Both the position numbers and the translations under genes were made by a program. Shown in pieces: positions 54,968 through 64,000 of a stretch of DNA of 64,000 nucleotides (positions are counted from its first letter, which is position 1; each line of letters begins with the position of its first letter). The stretch covers positions 24,007 to 88,006 of the forward strand of contig CAYSGJ010000017.1 of assembly GCA_964430705.1 (NCBI GenBank), written 5' to 3'. This DNA comes from an uncultured Desulfobacterales bacterium (GTDB lineage Bacteria; Desulfobacterota; Desulfobacteria; Desulfobacterales; C00003060). The notes below the pieces were generated by a model. The model had not been told where the DNA came from. It searched no databases and saw only the letters and a list, made by a program, of their open reading frames with translations.

Positions 54968-56488
54968 TTGAACGCCATCACAGCATATATGACGGATACG
55001 GGGTTTGTTGAAAAGGTCGTTGCTTACTTGCAGAACGAACACGGAATCCGCGCCGTGGTTTTGGACAGTAATGGTCAACGCGTTCACATCGGTGATAACA
55101 ATGCGGAAACAGCAGCGAAAACCATGTATTATCCCTTTGATTTTCCTGAAGACATCGGCGGCCTTCAATGTTCGAGCCTGTCCGAATCCGCCTTGATAAA
55201 GGCAAAACCCCACATACACATGTGCCTTAAAGGCATCAACGATCTACTGCAACGGGAACTCGTGCTTCAGGAAACAACTGATGAGATGTTGCAGTTGTCC
55301 GAGCAACTGCATTTTCTTCTGAACTTGGCGAACAAAGTCATCGGCCTTCATGACCTCAGGAGTTATAGCAAGGTCATCTTGGAAGAGGTTGCGCGAGCCG
55401 TGGCCGCGGATTACGCCTTTGTGCGGACATGGGGAAAGTGGGCCAACAAACTCAACGTGTCGCTCAACGTTTCAACTCAAAAGGCCTCGCAGATCACGGC
55501 ATGTCCCTCTTTCCGGGCGGCGGCCAAAGATAGAACCGTTGTTTTTTCGCTGGCAGACGGCACGTCGACCTTGCTGGCGCCCATCAAAGAAAAGGATGGG
55601 CAAACCGGCTACATGGCTTTTTTCAAAACCAAAGAGAAGCGTTTTTTTACGGCCTATGAGAAAAAGTTTGTAACGATCATCGACAATATTATCTCTCCCA
55701 CCATGGAGAGCCTGCGGCTCTATGACAGCCTTCATGAACTCTATCTCAACACGGTAAAGGCCTTGGCCGCCGCCATTGACGCCAAGGACGAATATACCCA
55801 CGGCCATTCCTTCAGGGTCGCCAAATATGCCGTAGCTATCGGCAGAAAGATGGATATTGGTCCGGAGCAACTCACCGATTTGGAAATTGCGGCGTACATG
55901 CACGATTTGGGTAAAATCGGGGTCCCTGAGAAAATTTTGGGAAAACCCGGGAAGCTGACCGAAGAAGAGTTTGCGGAAATCAAGAAGCATCCGGTACTTA
56001 CCAACAAAATCTTAGAACCCATTGAGCTGTCCCCCATTATCGTCGATGCCGCTGTGCAGCATCATGAACGGCTTGACGGCCGGGGCTATCCCAACGGGCT
56101 GACGGGTAACAAAATTTCTCCCTTCGCCAAGGTAATTGCGGTAGCCGACGTTTTTGATGCCCTGACCTCTTCACGGCCCTACCGAGATGCCATGACGGTG
56201 GAAGATGCCCTGGGAATTCTCTATAAGGGCATTGACACGGAGTTCGACCGACACGTGGTGTTGGCTCTCATTTCAGCCCTCCGGAGCGAGAGCGATGACG
56301 AGGCGTTGTCCAAGCTCTATCCCAGGCTGAAATTCCTGAACATCAACCAGATGAATGATTTTCTCCTTAAGCTTACCGAACTTCTCGTTCCTGCCGAGAT
56401 CGGCACACAGTCCGGCCCGCTACCTCCGTTTTCGGGACCCGGCCCTGAAACCTGCCATCCGGGATCATATCGTTCCCATCGCCTGTAA
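54968..56488 (+). CDS. HD-GYP domain phosphodiesterase with an N-terminal sensor (GAF-like) region
   Basis: HGHSFRVAKYA...HDLGKIGVPEKIL...HHERLDGRGYPNGL. Start uncertain (TTG 54968 or ATG 54989). Confidence 0.85.
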   Translation: MNAITAYMTDTGFVEKVVAYLQNEHGIRAVVLDSNGQRVHIGDNNAETAAKTMYYPFDFPEDIGGLQCSSLSESALIKAKPHIHMCLKGINDLLQRELVLQETTDEMLQLSEQLHFLLNLANKVIGLHDLRSYSKVILEEVARAVAADYAFVRTWGKWANKLNVSLNVSTQKASQITACPSFRAAAKDRTVVFSLADGTSTLLAPIKEKDGQTGYMAFFKTKEKRFFTAYEKKFVTIIDNIISPTMESLRLYDSLHELYLNTVKALAAAIDAKDEYTHGHSFRVAKYAVAIGRKMDIGPEQLTDLEIAAYMHDLGKIGVPEKILGKPGKLTEEEFAEIKKHPVLTNKILEPIELSPIIVDAAVQHHERLDGRGYPNGLTGNKISPFAKVIAVADVFDALTSSRPYRDAMTVEDALGILYKGIDTEFDRHVVLALISALRSESDDEALSKLYPRLKFLNINQMNDFLLKLTELLVPAEIGTQSGPLPPFSGPGPETCHPGSYRSHRL

Positions 56489-56559
56489 TAAAAAAGCTCT
56501 TAGGCTAATGCCGATTGCCGTAGAAAACCATCCAAATGCACGACGAATATCGGTTTTTT

Positions 56560-56654
56560 GGTTCATCCGGTTAAACATTATTTGAGGGATAGCAGCGCGT
56601 GTCAACAGCCGGCTTCGTGGAGGATGGAAGGAGTACGTTTCAACCAGATGAACC
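56560..56654. mobile_element. 95-bp MITE-like element, copy 2
   Basis: GGTTCATCCGGTTAAAC...GTTTCAACCAGATGAACC, with a 17-bp terminal inverted repeat. Flanked by GTTTTTT on both sides. Confidence 0.6.
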
Positions 56655-56753
56655 AGTTTTTTTTAAAAAGACGACAAAGATTGTTAAAGTTTCCGGCTTC
56701 AAGAATCGAAAAGCCTATGGAGAAGGGGCGAAAAACACCAAGGAGGTTTGAGC

Positions 56754-58355
56754 ATGGACAGCAACACGTCGGAAGAACTAAAATCCATCAGGGAGTTGTT
56801 GCAAAAAGCATGGCATATATACAGGACACGGATGCGGACTCTTTTGGGCGTATGGTTTGCAGCGATTTTTCTGCCCGTCCTGGCCATTATGCCCCTGGTT
56901 GTTCTGGGTTACTTTGGTCTCCAAGGCGGATCGGGGTCCAACGCACTCATCATGGTGGCGACCTTCCTGGTGGGTACGGCAGCGGCAGTGTGGCTTGGAA
57001 ATTGGGGAATCGCAGCCTTTCTTACGGTTATTGTGGACGAACAAATAGGCATCAAGGAGGCGTTTTCAAAGGCCAAGCCCCTCACACTTGCACACATTTG
57101 GCTGGGGATTCTGACGGGGTTCATTGTTGCCGGTGGTTACTTCCTTTTGTTTATACCGGGTATTATATTCTCCGTATGGTTTTTCTTCGCGCCCTTTGTG
57201 TTCATTTCAGAAGATGCTCGAGGCATGGATGCCCTGTTGAAAAGCAAGGCCTATGTCAGCGGCAAATGGATTCCCGTAGGCATAAGGTTAATGGCCGTTT
57301 GGCTACTTTCGGTCTTTGTTTCGCTGATACCTTTGGTGGGGCAGTTGTTGGCCTTGTTTCTCATTCCCTTGTGTTTTATCTACACCTTTCTTGTATACAA
57401 AGACCTCAAGACGTTAAAGGGCGCCATGGAGTTGCGTCCTTCCAAAAAAGAGAAATTGCGGTTTGTGGCGGCATCAGCCTTTGGTTTCGTCATGCCGTTT
57501 GTATTCGTCTTTGCATTCATGGGCTCAATGTTTTTCATGCCTTTTTCCATGCTCAAGGCCAAGGTTGCCGGGACCTCGCCTTTCCCGATGGATACGCCCC
57601 AGGATGCGGGCAAAGGGACGTTTTCGGTTACACCGGCCGGCCCCGTTATGAACCACAATATGGATAATAATATCCTTGTTGGCAAAGACAAGGGCGGTGA
57701 CACGAGGGAACAATCGCAAGCTGCACTCAGGTTGGGACAATCGCAAAACAAGGCGGCTGTTTTATCTGTTAATCCCGAGGTCAAAGGCAAAAAGAAAAAG
57801 CAGGGCGATCCGAGCGAACATGTGGCGACCGGCCTGAGTGGAACGGAATCGAAGCAATACAGAGACCTGATCCAGACTTGTGAAAAGGCGCTGCGCATTG
57901 AGCCGACCGATAGCCCGACATATCACAACCGTGCCGTAGCCTACTTCAGGCTGGGTCAATACCAGGAGGCTATCAATGATTTCACCGAAGCCATCAAACA
58001 CGACGATAAAGATGCCGTAGCATACTACAATCGCGCTATTGCCTACGGGATGCTTGGTGAGCACGAAAAAGCGATTGAAGACGGAATCATGGCTGTCAAA
58101 CTGAACCCTGAAGATGCCGGCGCCTATGCAAACCGCGGCGTGGATTACATTGCTGTAGGCAAATTCAACGAGGCCGTAGATGATTTCACCCAGGCCGTCA
58201 CCATGAAAGCTGCCGATGCTTCCGTGTATTACGCCCGCGGTGTGGCCTATCACAAACTGGGCGCCGAGGAACAAGCCCTGGAAGATTTCAAACATGCGGC
58301 CAAAAAAGGCTATCAAAAAGCACGCGAATACCTCAAGGCCCGCGGACAATCTTAG
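56754..58355 (+). CDS. Membrane protein (multi-TM N-terminal half) fused to C-terminal TPR repeats
   Basis: AGGAGG lies 7 nt before the ATG. Five or six TM helices, then repeats of the form YHNRAVAYFRLGQYQEAINDFTEAI, YYNRAIAYGMLGEHEKAIED and so on. Confidence 0.8.
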   Translation: MDSNTSEELKSIRELLQKAWHIYRTRMRTLLGVWFAAIFLPVLAIMPLVVLGYFGLQGGSGSNALIMVATFLVGTAAAVWLGNWGIAAFLTVIVDEQIGIKEAFSKAKPLTLAHIWLGILTGFIVAGGYFLLFIPGIIFSVWFFFAPFVFISEDARGMDALLKSKAYVSGKWIPVGIRLMAVWLLSVFVSLIPLVGQLLALFLIPLCFIYTFLVYKDLKTLKGAMELRPSKKEKLRFVAASAFGFVMPFVFVFAFMGSMFFMPFSMLKAKVAGTSPFPMDTPQDAGKGTFSVTPAGPVMNHNMDNNILVGKDKGGDTREQSQAALRLGQSQNKAAVLSVNPEVKGKKKKQGDPSEHVATGLSGTESKQYRDLIQTCEKALRIEPTDSPTYHNRAVAYFRLGQYQEAINDFTEAIKHDDKDAVAYYNRAIAYGMLGEHEKAIEDGIMAVKLNPEDAGAYANRGVDYIAVGKFNEAVDDFTQAVTMKAADASVYYARGVAYHKLGAEEQALEDFKHAAKKGYQKAREYLKARGQS

Positions 58356-58617
58356 TCATTCATGATCCGGGGGCGTTGCGTCTCTCTTCATGATTGAGAA
58401 GCAGGCCGTTATTGCGTATCGAAAAATGAATGCCGTCAACGAAACTTGTATCTTGACGGCCCTCCTGAACCAGATATACATTTCCTTGGAAACCGCGTAG
58501 CACCAACTTCAACAATACGGACATCATCAGAACCCTTGACGTTAAATAACATGTGTCCCGGCGGTTCGCGGGATTGCGTGTTGAGGCGCAGGGGAAAACC
58601 GGTATGAGGTAAAGGAA

Positions 58618-60528
58618 ATGGCCACAAAGCCGACATATCAGGAACTGGAGCAACGGATCAAGGAACTGGAAAGGAAGGATCTTGCACGGATTCGCGCACT
58701 GGAGGCCCTTGAGACCGGCGAATTTTTGTATTCCCTTGCCCAACGAGCGGCCAACATGGGCAGCTGGCATTGGAACATCACCTCCGGGGATTTGACGTGG
58801 TCCGAGATGATCGAACCTATGTTCGGTTTTGGCTTAGGACAATTTGAAGGTACTTATGAGGCCTTTCTGGACAGGGTACACCCCGAAGACCGGCAGCGCG
58901 TTATAGATGCCGTCAACGCCACTTTGACGCAGGGGATGGACTACGCCATAGAACATCGTATTGTGTGGCCGGATGGCTCTGTGCGCTGGGTGTCCGAAAA
59001 AGGAGCAGTTATTAGAGACAAAAAGGGCAAAGCGGTTCGGATGCTCGGTGTCGTTCAAGACATCACCGAAAGCAAGGATGCACAGACAGCGCTTCGGGAA
59101 AGCGAAATACGTTATAGCACTCTGGCGCGGGCAAGTTTTGAGGGGATATTAATACATGATAAGGGCGCCATCATAGACGCCAACTCGAGACTCGCCGAGA
59201 TGTTTCAATACAACGCGGACGAACTGATTGGGAAAAACGCCTTGGATTTCATTGACCCCCGATTCCGGCACGTGGTGAACGATGCCGTCGCCCAGGGGCT
59301 TGAAAAACCCTATGAAGTGTTGGGACGGAAAAAAGACGGGTCCACTGTTCCCTTAGAAATACAAGCCAGACACATGCAATGCGGAAATCGTATATTAAGG
59401 GTTGCTGCCATTCGAGACATCTCGAACCGAAAAAAGGCGGAAACCCGAATCACGAAGGCCAAGCGAGAATGGGAGCAGACCTTTGATGCGGTCCCTGATC
59501 TGATCACCATTATTGACATGGAATATAGAATCCTGCGGGCAAACAAATCCGCGGCGCTCCGGCTGGGGCGGTTGCCCCAAGACCTGGTAGGACGCTTGTG
59601 TTACGAGGCGTTTCATGAGACGGAGGAACCGCCGCTATTTTGTCCGCACAAAAAATATTCCTTGCAAGGCAAAGATGGTTTCGCAGAAGTTCACGAAACG
59701 CGCCTGGGAGGTGATTTTCTTGTTTCCGTGTCTCCCTTGGTAGGCGACGACGGCACGCAGTGGGGCGTTGTCCATGTGGCACGTGATGTGACCCGCCAAC
59801 GGCAGGCCGAAAAGGCTTTGAGGAAGGCCCATGAAGAATTGGAAAAACGTGTTCAGGAGCGCACTGCCCAGCTTGGACAACTATCATCGAAGCTTTTGAA
59901 TGCCCAGGAAGATGAAAGAAAAAGAATCTCCAGAGAACTTCATGACAGCATTGGGCAGTCCTTGGCCGCCGTCAAGGTTGTGGCTGAAAGTGCGCTTTCG
60001 CAGATCCGGCAGGGCGAGATCAACGCGGGCGGCAAGACAGTGGCGACGCTCATCCCTCTGATTCGGGACGCGAGCGAAGAAGTGCGCAGGATTTATACGG
60101 ACTTGCGGCCGTCCTTGCTGGATGACCTGGGCATTATTACAACGATTTCCTGGTTCTGTCGTGAATTTCAAAACGTTTTTCCCGGGATAACGATTCAAAA
60201 ACGCATAGCGATCAAAGAAGAGAACGTGCCGGAAGCGCTGAAAATCGTCATTTTCAGGGTGTTGCAGGAAGCTATGAACAATGCCTCGAAACATTCGAAG
60301 GCCGACTTGGTGCAAATAGGACTGGGCGATAAAGGCAGCCACCTGGAATTAAGCGTAAAGGATAACGGTCGGGGATTCGATGTCCCGCATCCGGTATCTT
60401 CAGAAACTGCCGATAGGGGCTTTGGTTTGCAAAGCATGAAAGAACGCGTCGAACTCACCGGTGGAACGCTTATCCTTGAATCCGCCTCCGGTGCGGGCAC
60501 TATTGTTCGAGCGTCATGGCAGGTATGA
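58618..60528 (+). CDS. PAS-domain sensor histidine kinase (HisKA_3/NarX-type core)
   Basis: Three PAS-like modules, H-box ISRELHDSIGQSLAAV, and an HATPase_c domain (N-box EAMNNASKHS, G-boxes DNGRGF, GFGLQSM). Confidence 0.9.
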   Translation: MATKPTYQELEQRIKELERKDLARIRALEALETGEFLYSLAQRAANMGSWHWNITSGDLTWSEMIEPMFGFGLGQFEGTYEAFLDRVHPEDRQRVIDAVNATLTQGMDYAIEHRIVWPDGSVRWVSEKGAVIRDKKGKAVRMLGVVQDITESKDAQTALRESEIRYSTLARASFEGILIHDKGAIIDANSRLAEMFQYNADELIGKNALDFIDPRFRHVVNDAVAQGLEKPYEVLGRKKDGSTVPLEIQARHMQCGNRILRVAAIRDISNRKKAETRITKAKREWEQTFDAVPDLITIIDMEYRILRANKSAALRLGRLPQDLVGRLCYEAFHETEEPPLFCPHKKYSLQGKDGFAEVHETRLGGDFLVSVSPLVGDDGTQWGVVHVARDVTRQRQAEKALRKAHEELEKRVQERTAQLGQLSSKLLNAQEDERKRISRELHDSIGQSLAAVKVVAESALSQIRQGEINAGGKTVATLIPLIRDASEEVRRIYTDLRPSLLDDLGIITTISWFCREFQNVFPGITIQKRIAIKEENVPEALKIVIFRVLQEAMNNASKHSKADLVQIGLGDKGSHLELSVKDNGRGFDVPHPVSSETADRGFGLQSMKERVELTGGTLILESASGAGTIVRASWQV

Positions 60529-60598
60529 GACATGGGGGAAATAGATGCCGGTCAGCCGGAAGCTCGCGCTTGATCTTCACCGACTGCGGGTAAACGCC

Positions 60599-61315
60599 TC
60601 AGATGAGCTGCACAAAATTTTGAAACATGATTTCAAATTGATCACCCAAGATTCTCTCCTGTTCGGCGGCTTTGTCAAGTATGGCGGATGGATCTATCCC
60701 CGGCGGTCGGGAAATCCAGGCTTCGTCCGCTTTCAGCCATGCACGCACGTCTGTTGCCGTTGCGGACTGATTGTCAAATTGAAGGCCCATCACATAAGGC
60801 CTGCCTTCCACGGAAATCGCCTCTATCTGACAGGCTGCTGACGTCATGAGCACCTCCACGCCTTTCGGAAGCGGCGGCAAGACCGCTTGAGAATGCCACT
60901 TAAAAAGGGAAAAGGATTTGGGCAGCCCTTTTAGCACAGGATGTTTGCGACCCTCGACGGTGAGATGGCCGGAAACGAATCCAATGCTCCGACAGAAATT
61001 AGGCCCGACCCTAGCGCCCAATGCCTCGGCGAGGAGCTGATGCCCCAGGCAAAACCCCAAATACGCCTTTTTCGCGCCCAACGCCTGACGAATGGCCTGC
61101 TTTTCCGCGCTCAAAAAGGGATAGGTCTTTTCCTGGTCCACGTTGGGGCTGCCGCCCAATACGATGAGTCCGTCGTAAGGAGAAACGTCCGGGATCGGCT
61201 TGCGCCGGACCTCGACCACATCCAGTGAGATCCGGGCGTTTCCGGCTGCCCGAACCAGGTGTCCTCCTGGCCCTTCCCAGGGCATATGTTGAAATACAAG
61301 GAACCGCTTTGCCAT
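60599..61315 (-). CDS. Class I glutamine amidotransferase-like protein
   Basis: MAKRFLVFQHMPWEGPG..., nucleophile elbow YLGFCLGHQLL. Start at ATG 61315. Confidence 0.8.
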   Translation of the reverse strand: MAKRFLVFQHMPWEGPGGHLVRAAGNARISLDVVEVRRKPIPDVSPYDGLIVLGGSPNVDQEKTYPFLSAEKQAIRQALGAKKAYLGFCLGHQLLAEALGARVGPNFCRSIGFVSGHLTVEGRKHPVLKGLPKSFSLFKWHSQAVLPPLPKGVEVLMTSAACQIEAISVEGRPYVMGLQFDNQSATATDVRAWLKADEAWISRPPGIDPSAILDKAAEQERILGDQFEIMFQNFVQLI

Positions 61316-61420
61316 GGTTGTTGCCCTCGAATACATGAGGCGCGGTTCTCGGTCGAGCCGGTTGTCACCACAAGAACCGCACCCCAATGTGGCATTGATA
61401 AGTGGGTCGATGAGCGCCGG

Positions 61421-62227
61421 CTAGAAAGCCATGTTGCAGGTCAAGCCGCCGAAGAAGAAGTTGTCGTCTTCGCCGTTCTGGCTTCGCGCCTTCATGTCGT
61501 TTTTCGCATCTGATGAAAGCGGGAAGACATAGGACACCGTGGGCGTGATGGTGAAATACTCGCCCAGGGCGATCGGCAGACTTGCCGAAATAACCCCGTC
61601 GTGGAAGTTACTAAACTTGTCTCCTGTAGACATGAGCTGGTCGTTATACTCTGGATATTCATCTTCATCGTCGCTGCTCAGATAGCTTACAGAACCTCCC
61701 AGCTCCAGCGAGATGGTTTCCGTCAATGCAAAGGCATGGGATATGCCCGCCAGGAAATAGGTATGTTTATAGCTGGATATATCCCGGTAAATCGTCAACG
61801 TCGGAGCAAGTAACACATCAAGGCCCAGGTTGAGGTACAATTCATACGTGTCATCGGCACCGTCCAGGCCGTAGTAAATCCAGCCCGCTTCCGCGCTCAC
61901 CATCCCGAACTCTTTGCCGTAAGAAAGCGTAAAATCGGTTTCATTCCAGTTTTCTTTCGAAGTGTCGTCGTAAGGATCGGTGTCCAGGTTGCCCCACAGG
62001 TTGGCGGCAAAGCCCTTGTAGCCCACGGTCATGGAAGGCTGAACAACGATGCTGTCCTTACTCAACTCCTGGCCGCGCCACACATACTTGCTCAGCAAGG
62101 CAACCGAAAAGTCCGTGGAAGGCATCTCTTCTTCCGCCAAAGCCGGTGAGATGGAAACCACCCCCAAGATCAATGCTACAGACAATGCCAAAATCCCTGA
62201 CGTGCCTTTGTGAAATGCTTTTCTCAT
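61421..62227 (-). CDS. Outer-membrane beta-barrel porin (TorF-like family)
   Basis: Signal peptide, alternating beta-strand pattern, LSKYVWRGQELSKD near the N-terminus, C-terminal ...GGLTCNMAF. Confidence 0.7.
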   Translation of the reverse strand: MRKAFHKGTSGILALSVALILGVVSISPALAEEEMPSTDFSVALLSKYVWRGQELSKDSIVVQPSMTVGYKGFAANLWGNLDTDPYDDTSKENWNETDFTLSYGKEFGMVSAEAGWIYYGLDGADDTYELYLNLGLDVLLAPTLTIYRDISSYKHTYFLAGISHAFALTETISLELGGSVSYLSSDDEDEYPEYNDQLMSTGDKFSNFHDGVISASLPIALGEYFTITPTVSYVFPLSSDAKNDMKARSQNGEDDNFFFGGLTCNMAF

Positions 62228-62468
62228 TGTTTTCTCCCGCTCCTTTTCTTTGGTTTACACTGTTTTTATCTTCCGACCCTAAGGGGTCGGTTTGGGGCCA
62301 AATCTCCCTGCCTTTTGTCAAACCAAAGATTTGCACCCATGCTTTGCTTGTCGGCCACCAGGGGGGCCTAATAGGCCCCCTGGCGCCGTTTAAGGAAGTC
62401 GGACCATCGGGCGGCTACACCCCCCACAAAAGACATTTGCCCGGGTGGTGTGCACGTGTTGTATTGAA

Positions 62469-63809
62469 CTAAATGCGACTTGCCACCTGGAAATCCGGGT
62501 AAGCCGAAGCACCATGCTCGCCGTAGTCCAGGCCCTCTGTTTCTTCTTCGGGGGTAACCCGCAGGCCGATGGTGGCATCGATGAGTTTGAACATGAGCAA
62601 TCCTGCGCCGAAGGCCCACACAAAGGCGGCGCCGACGCCCAGCAGCTGCACACCGATGATCTTGGCCGAGGTGCCGCCGATGTTAAAGATCCCCGCAGCC
62701 AGGGTGCCCCAGGCGCCACACACGCCGTGGACGGATATGGCTCCCACGGGGTCATCGATTTTGATCTTGTCAAAAAACAGCACGGAAAGCACCACAAGCA
62801 CTCCGGCAATAGCGCCGATGATAACAGCGCTTAAGGGTGTCACCGTGGCGCAAGGCGCCGTGATGGCCACCAGGCCCGCCAGGGCGCCGTTTAAGCTCAT
62901 GCCCGCATCCGGTTTTGCGAACTTTAACCAGGCCGTGATCATGGCGAGGATCGCGCCGGCGGCGGCGGCAATGTTGGTGTTGACAAAGATCATCGCAATG
63001 TCTTTGTTGGCCGCGGTAGTGGAGCCGGGGTTGAACCCGAACCAGCCGAGCCACAGGATAAACACACCCAGCGCGGCCAACGGGAGGTTATGGCCGGGAA
63101 TCGGCTTGACTTTTCCATCTTTGGTAAACTTGCCGATTCGAGGGCCCAAAACGATGGCGCCTGCCAGGGCCACCCAGCCGCCAACGGAATGAACGACCGT
63201 GGATCCGGCAAAATCGATGAACCCCAGGCCTTCCAGCCAACCATTTCCGTTATATAGGCTTCCCCAGGCCCAACTTCCAAAGATGGGATAGATGAAGGCG
63301 GTCAACAGGGCGCTGTAGGTCAGGTATCCTATGAATTTTGTTCGTTCCGCCATGGCTCCCGATACGATGGTGGCTGCCGTAGCGGCGAATACGGCCTGGA
63401 ACATCCAGAAGGCCAGGACCCACGGATCGCCTCCCGGGATAAAATCGCTCAGGAAAAATCCGGAGGTTCCGAACCAGCCGGTGGTGGTGGCCCCGAACAT
63501 GAGCCCGAATCCGATAGCCCAGAAGGTGATGGAACCCATGGAAAAGTCCATCAGATTTTTCATCAAAATGTTTACGGCGTTTTTGGCACGGGTGAAGCCG
63601 GCCTCTACCATGGCAAAACCTGCTTGCATGAAAAAGACGAGGGCCGCAGCTATGAGGGTCCAAAGGTAATCCGCATGGGATTGCACCAGTGCTATGGCTT
63701 CTGCGTTGCCGGCCACTGTCGGTAATTCTTCCGCTCCCCACCCGATGGCAGGTAAGGTGAGCAAAGCTCCCACAACAAAATAGATTGGTTTTTTGATTCG
63801 TTCCTTCAT
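62469..63809 (-). CDS. amtB: Ammonium transporter
   Basis: 446 aa. DFAGSTVVHSVGG and AISVHGVCGAWGTL are Amt signature regions. About 11 TM. Confidence 0.93.
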   Translation of the reverse strand: MKERIKKPIYFVVGALLTLPAIGWGAEELPTVAGNAEAIALVQSHADYLWTLIAAALVFFMQAGFAMVEAGFTRAKNAVNILMKNLMDFSMGSITFWAIGFGLMFGATTTGWFGTSGFFLSDFIPGGDPWVLAFWMFQAVFAATAATIVSGAMAERTKFIGYLTYSALLTAFIYPIFGSWAWGSLYNGNGWLEGLGFIDFAGSTVVHSVGGWVALAGAIVLGPRIGKFTKDGKVKPIPGHNLPLAALGVFILWLGWFGFNPGSTTAANKDIAMIFVNTNIAAAAGAILAMITAWLKFAKPDAGMSLNGALAGLVAITAPCATVTPLSAVIIGAIAGVLVVLSVLFFDKIKIDDPVGAISVHGVCGAWGTLAAGIFNIGGTSAKIIGVQLLGVGAAFVWAFGAGLLMFKLIDATIGLRVTPEEETEGLDYGEHGASAYPDFQVASRI

Positions 63810-63887
63810 TCTCTTGCCTCCTTGATGAATAGTCTTTCAATCGATGCCATATTACAAACAACAGACGTGGGCCGCCGGTCAGCCCAA

Positions 63888-64000
<113 letters not shown>

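Overview
Chromosomal segment from an anaerobic, probably deltaproteobacterial (Desulfobacterota-like) organism. That assignment is an inference from gene content: NrfC/NrfD-type modules with a 13-haem cytochrome, sigma-54 control and UGA recoding.

Layout:
- 0-3 kb: RND efflux operon.
- 3-10.5 kb: a redox block. It holds a TusA-like gene plus a peroxiredoxin whose peroxidatic Cys codon is an in-frame TGA (candidate selenoprotein), a divergent sigma-54 PAS activator, and a sigma-54-type promoter in front of a FeS/NrfD/multihaem-cytochrome operon.
- 10.5-17.7 kb: housekeeping genes (DUF89, argJ, secA, M23 peptidase, GNAT).
- 18-49 kb: an accessory-looking metal or tetrapyrrole uptake region.
- 49-64 kb: GHMP kinase, tatA, signalling genes (response regulator, HD-GYP, PAS histidine kinase), porin-amtB-glnK.

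Contents of the 18-49 kb region:
- Three paralogous TonB-dependent receptor / DUF4198 loci.
- Three exported paralogues of the tetrapyrrole-methylase fold.
- An exbB-exbD-tonB motor headed by a protein with 23 DxDxDG repeats.
- Histidine-rich proteins and tails.
- A Cys-rich 20-codon micro-ORF.

Most striking non-coding signal: five paralogous promoter-plus-leader modules precede the uptake operons. Each has a near-consensus sigma-70 promoter, a short hairpin with an AGAA tetraloop, and a terminator-like compound hairpin with a conserved GCCAsGAAGGCU arm. Two of them continue into a about 280-nt shared structured domain that I could not assign to any riboswitch class I know.

Other observations: a 95-bp MITE-like element (two copies with target-site duplications), a vapBC cassette flanked by direct repeats, and a TonB-dependent receptor interrupted only by two in-frame TGA codons three positions apart.

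All calls come from reading the sequence and remembered family motifs. No database search was run.
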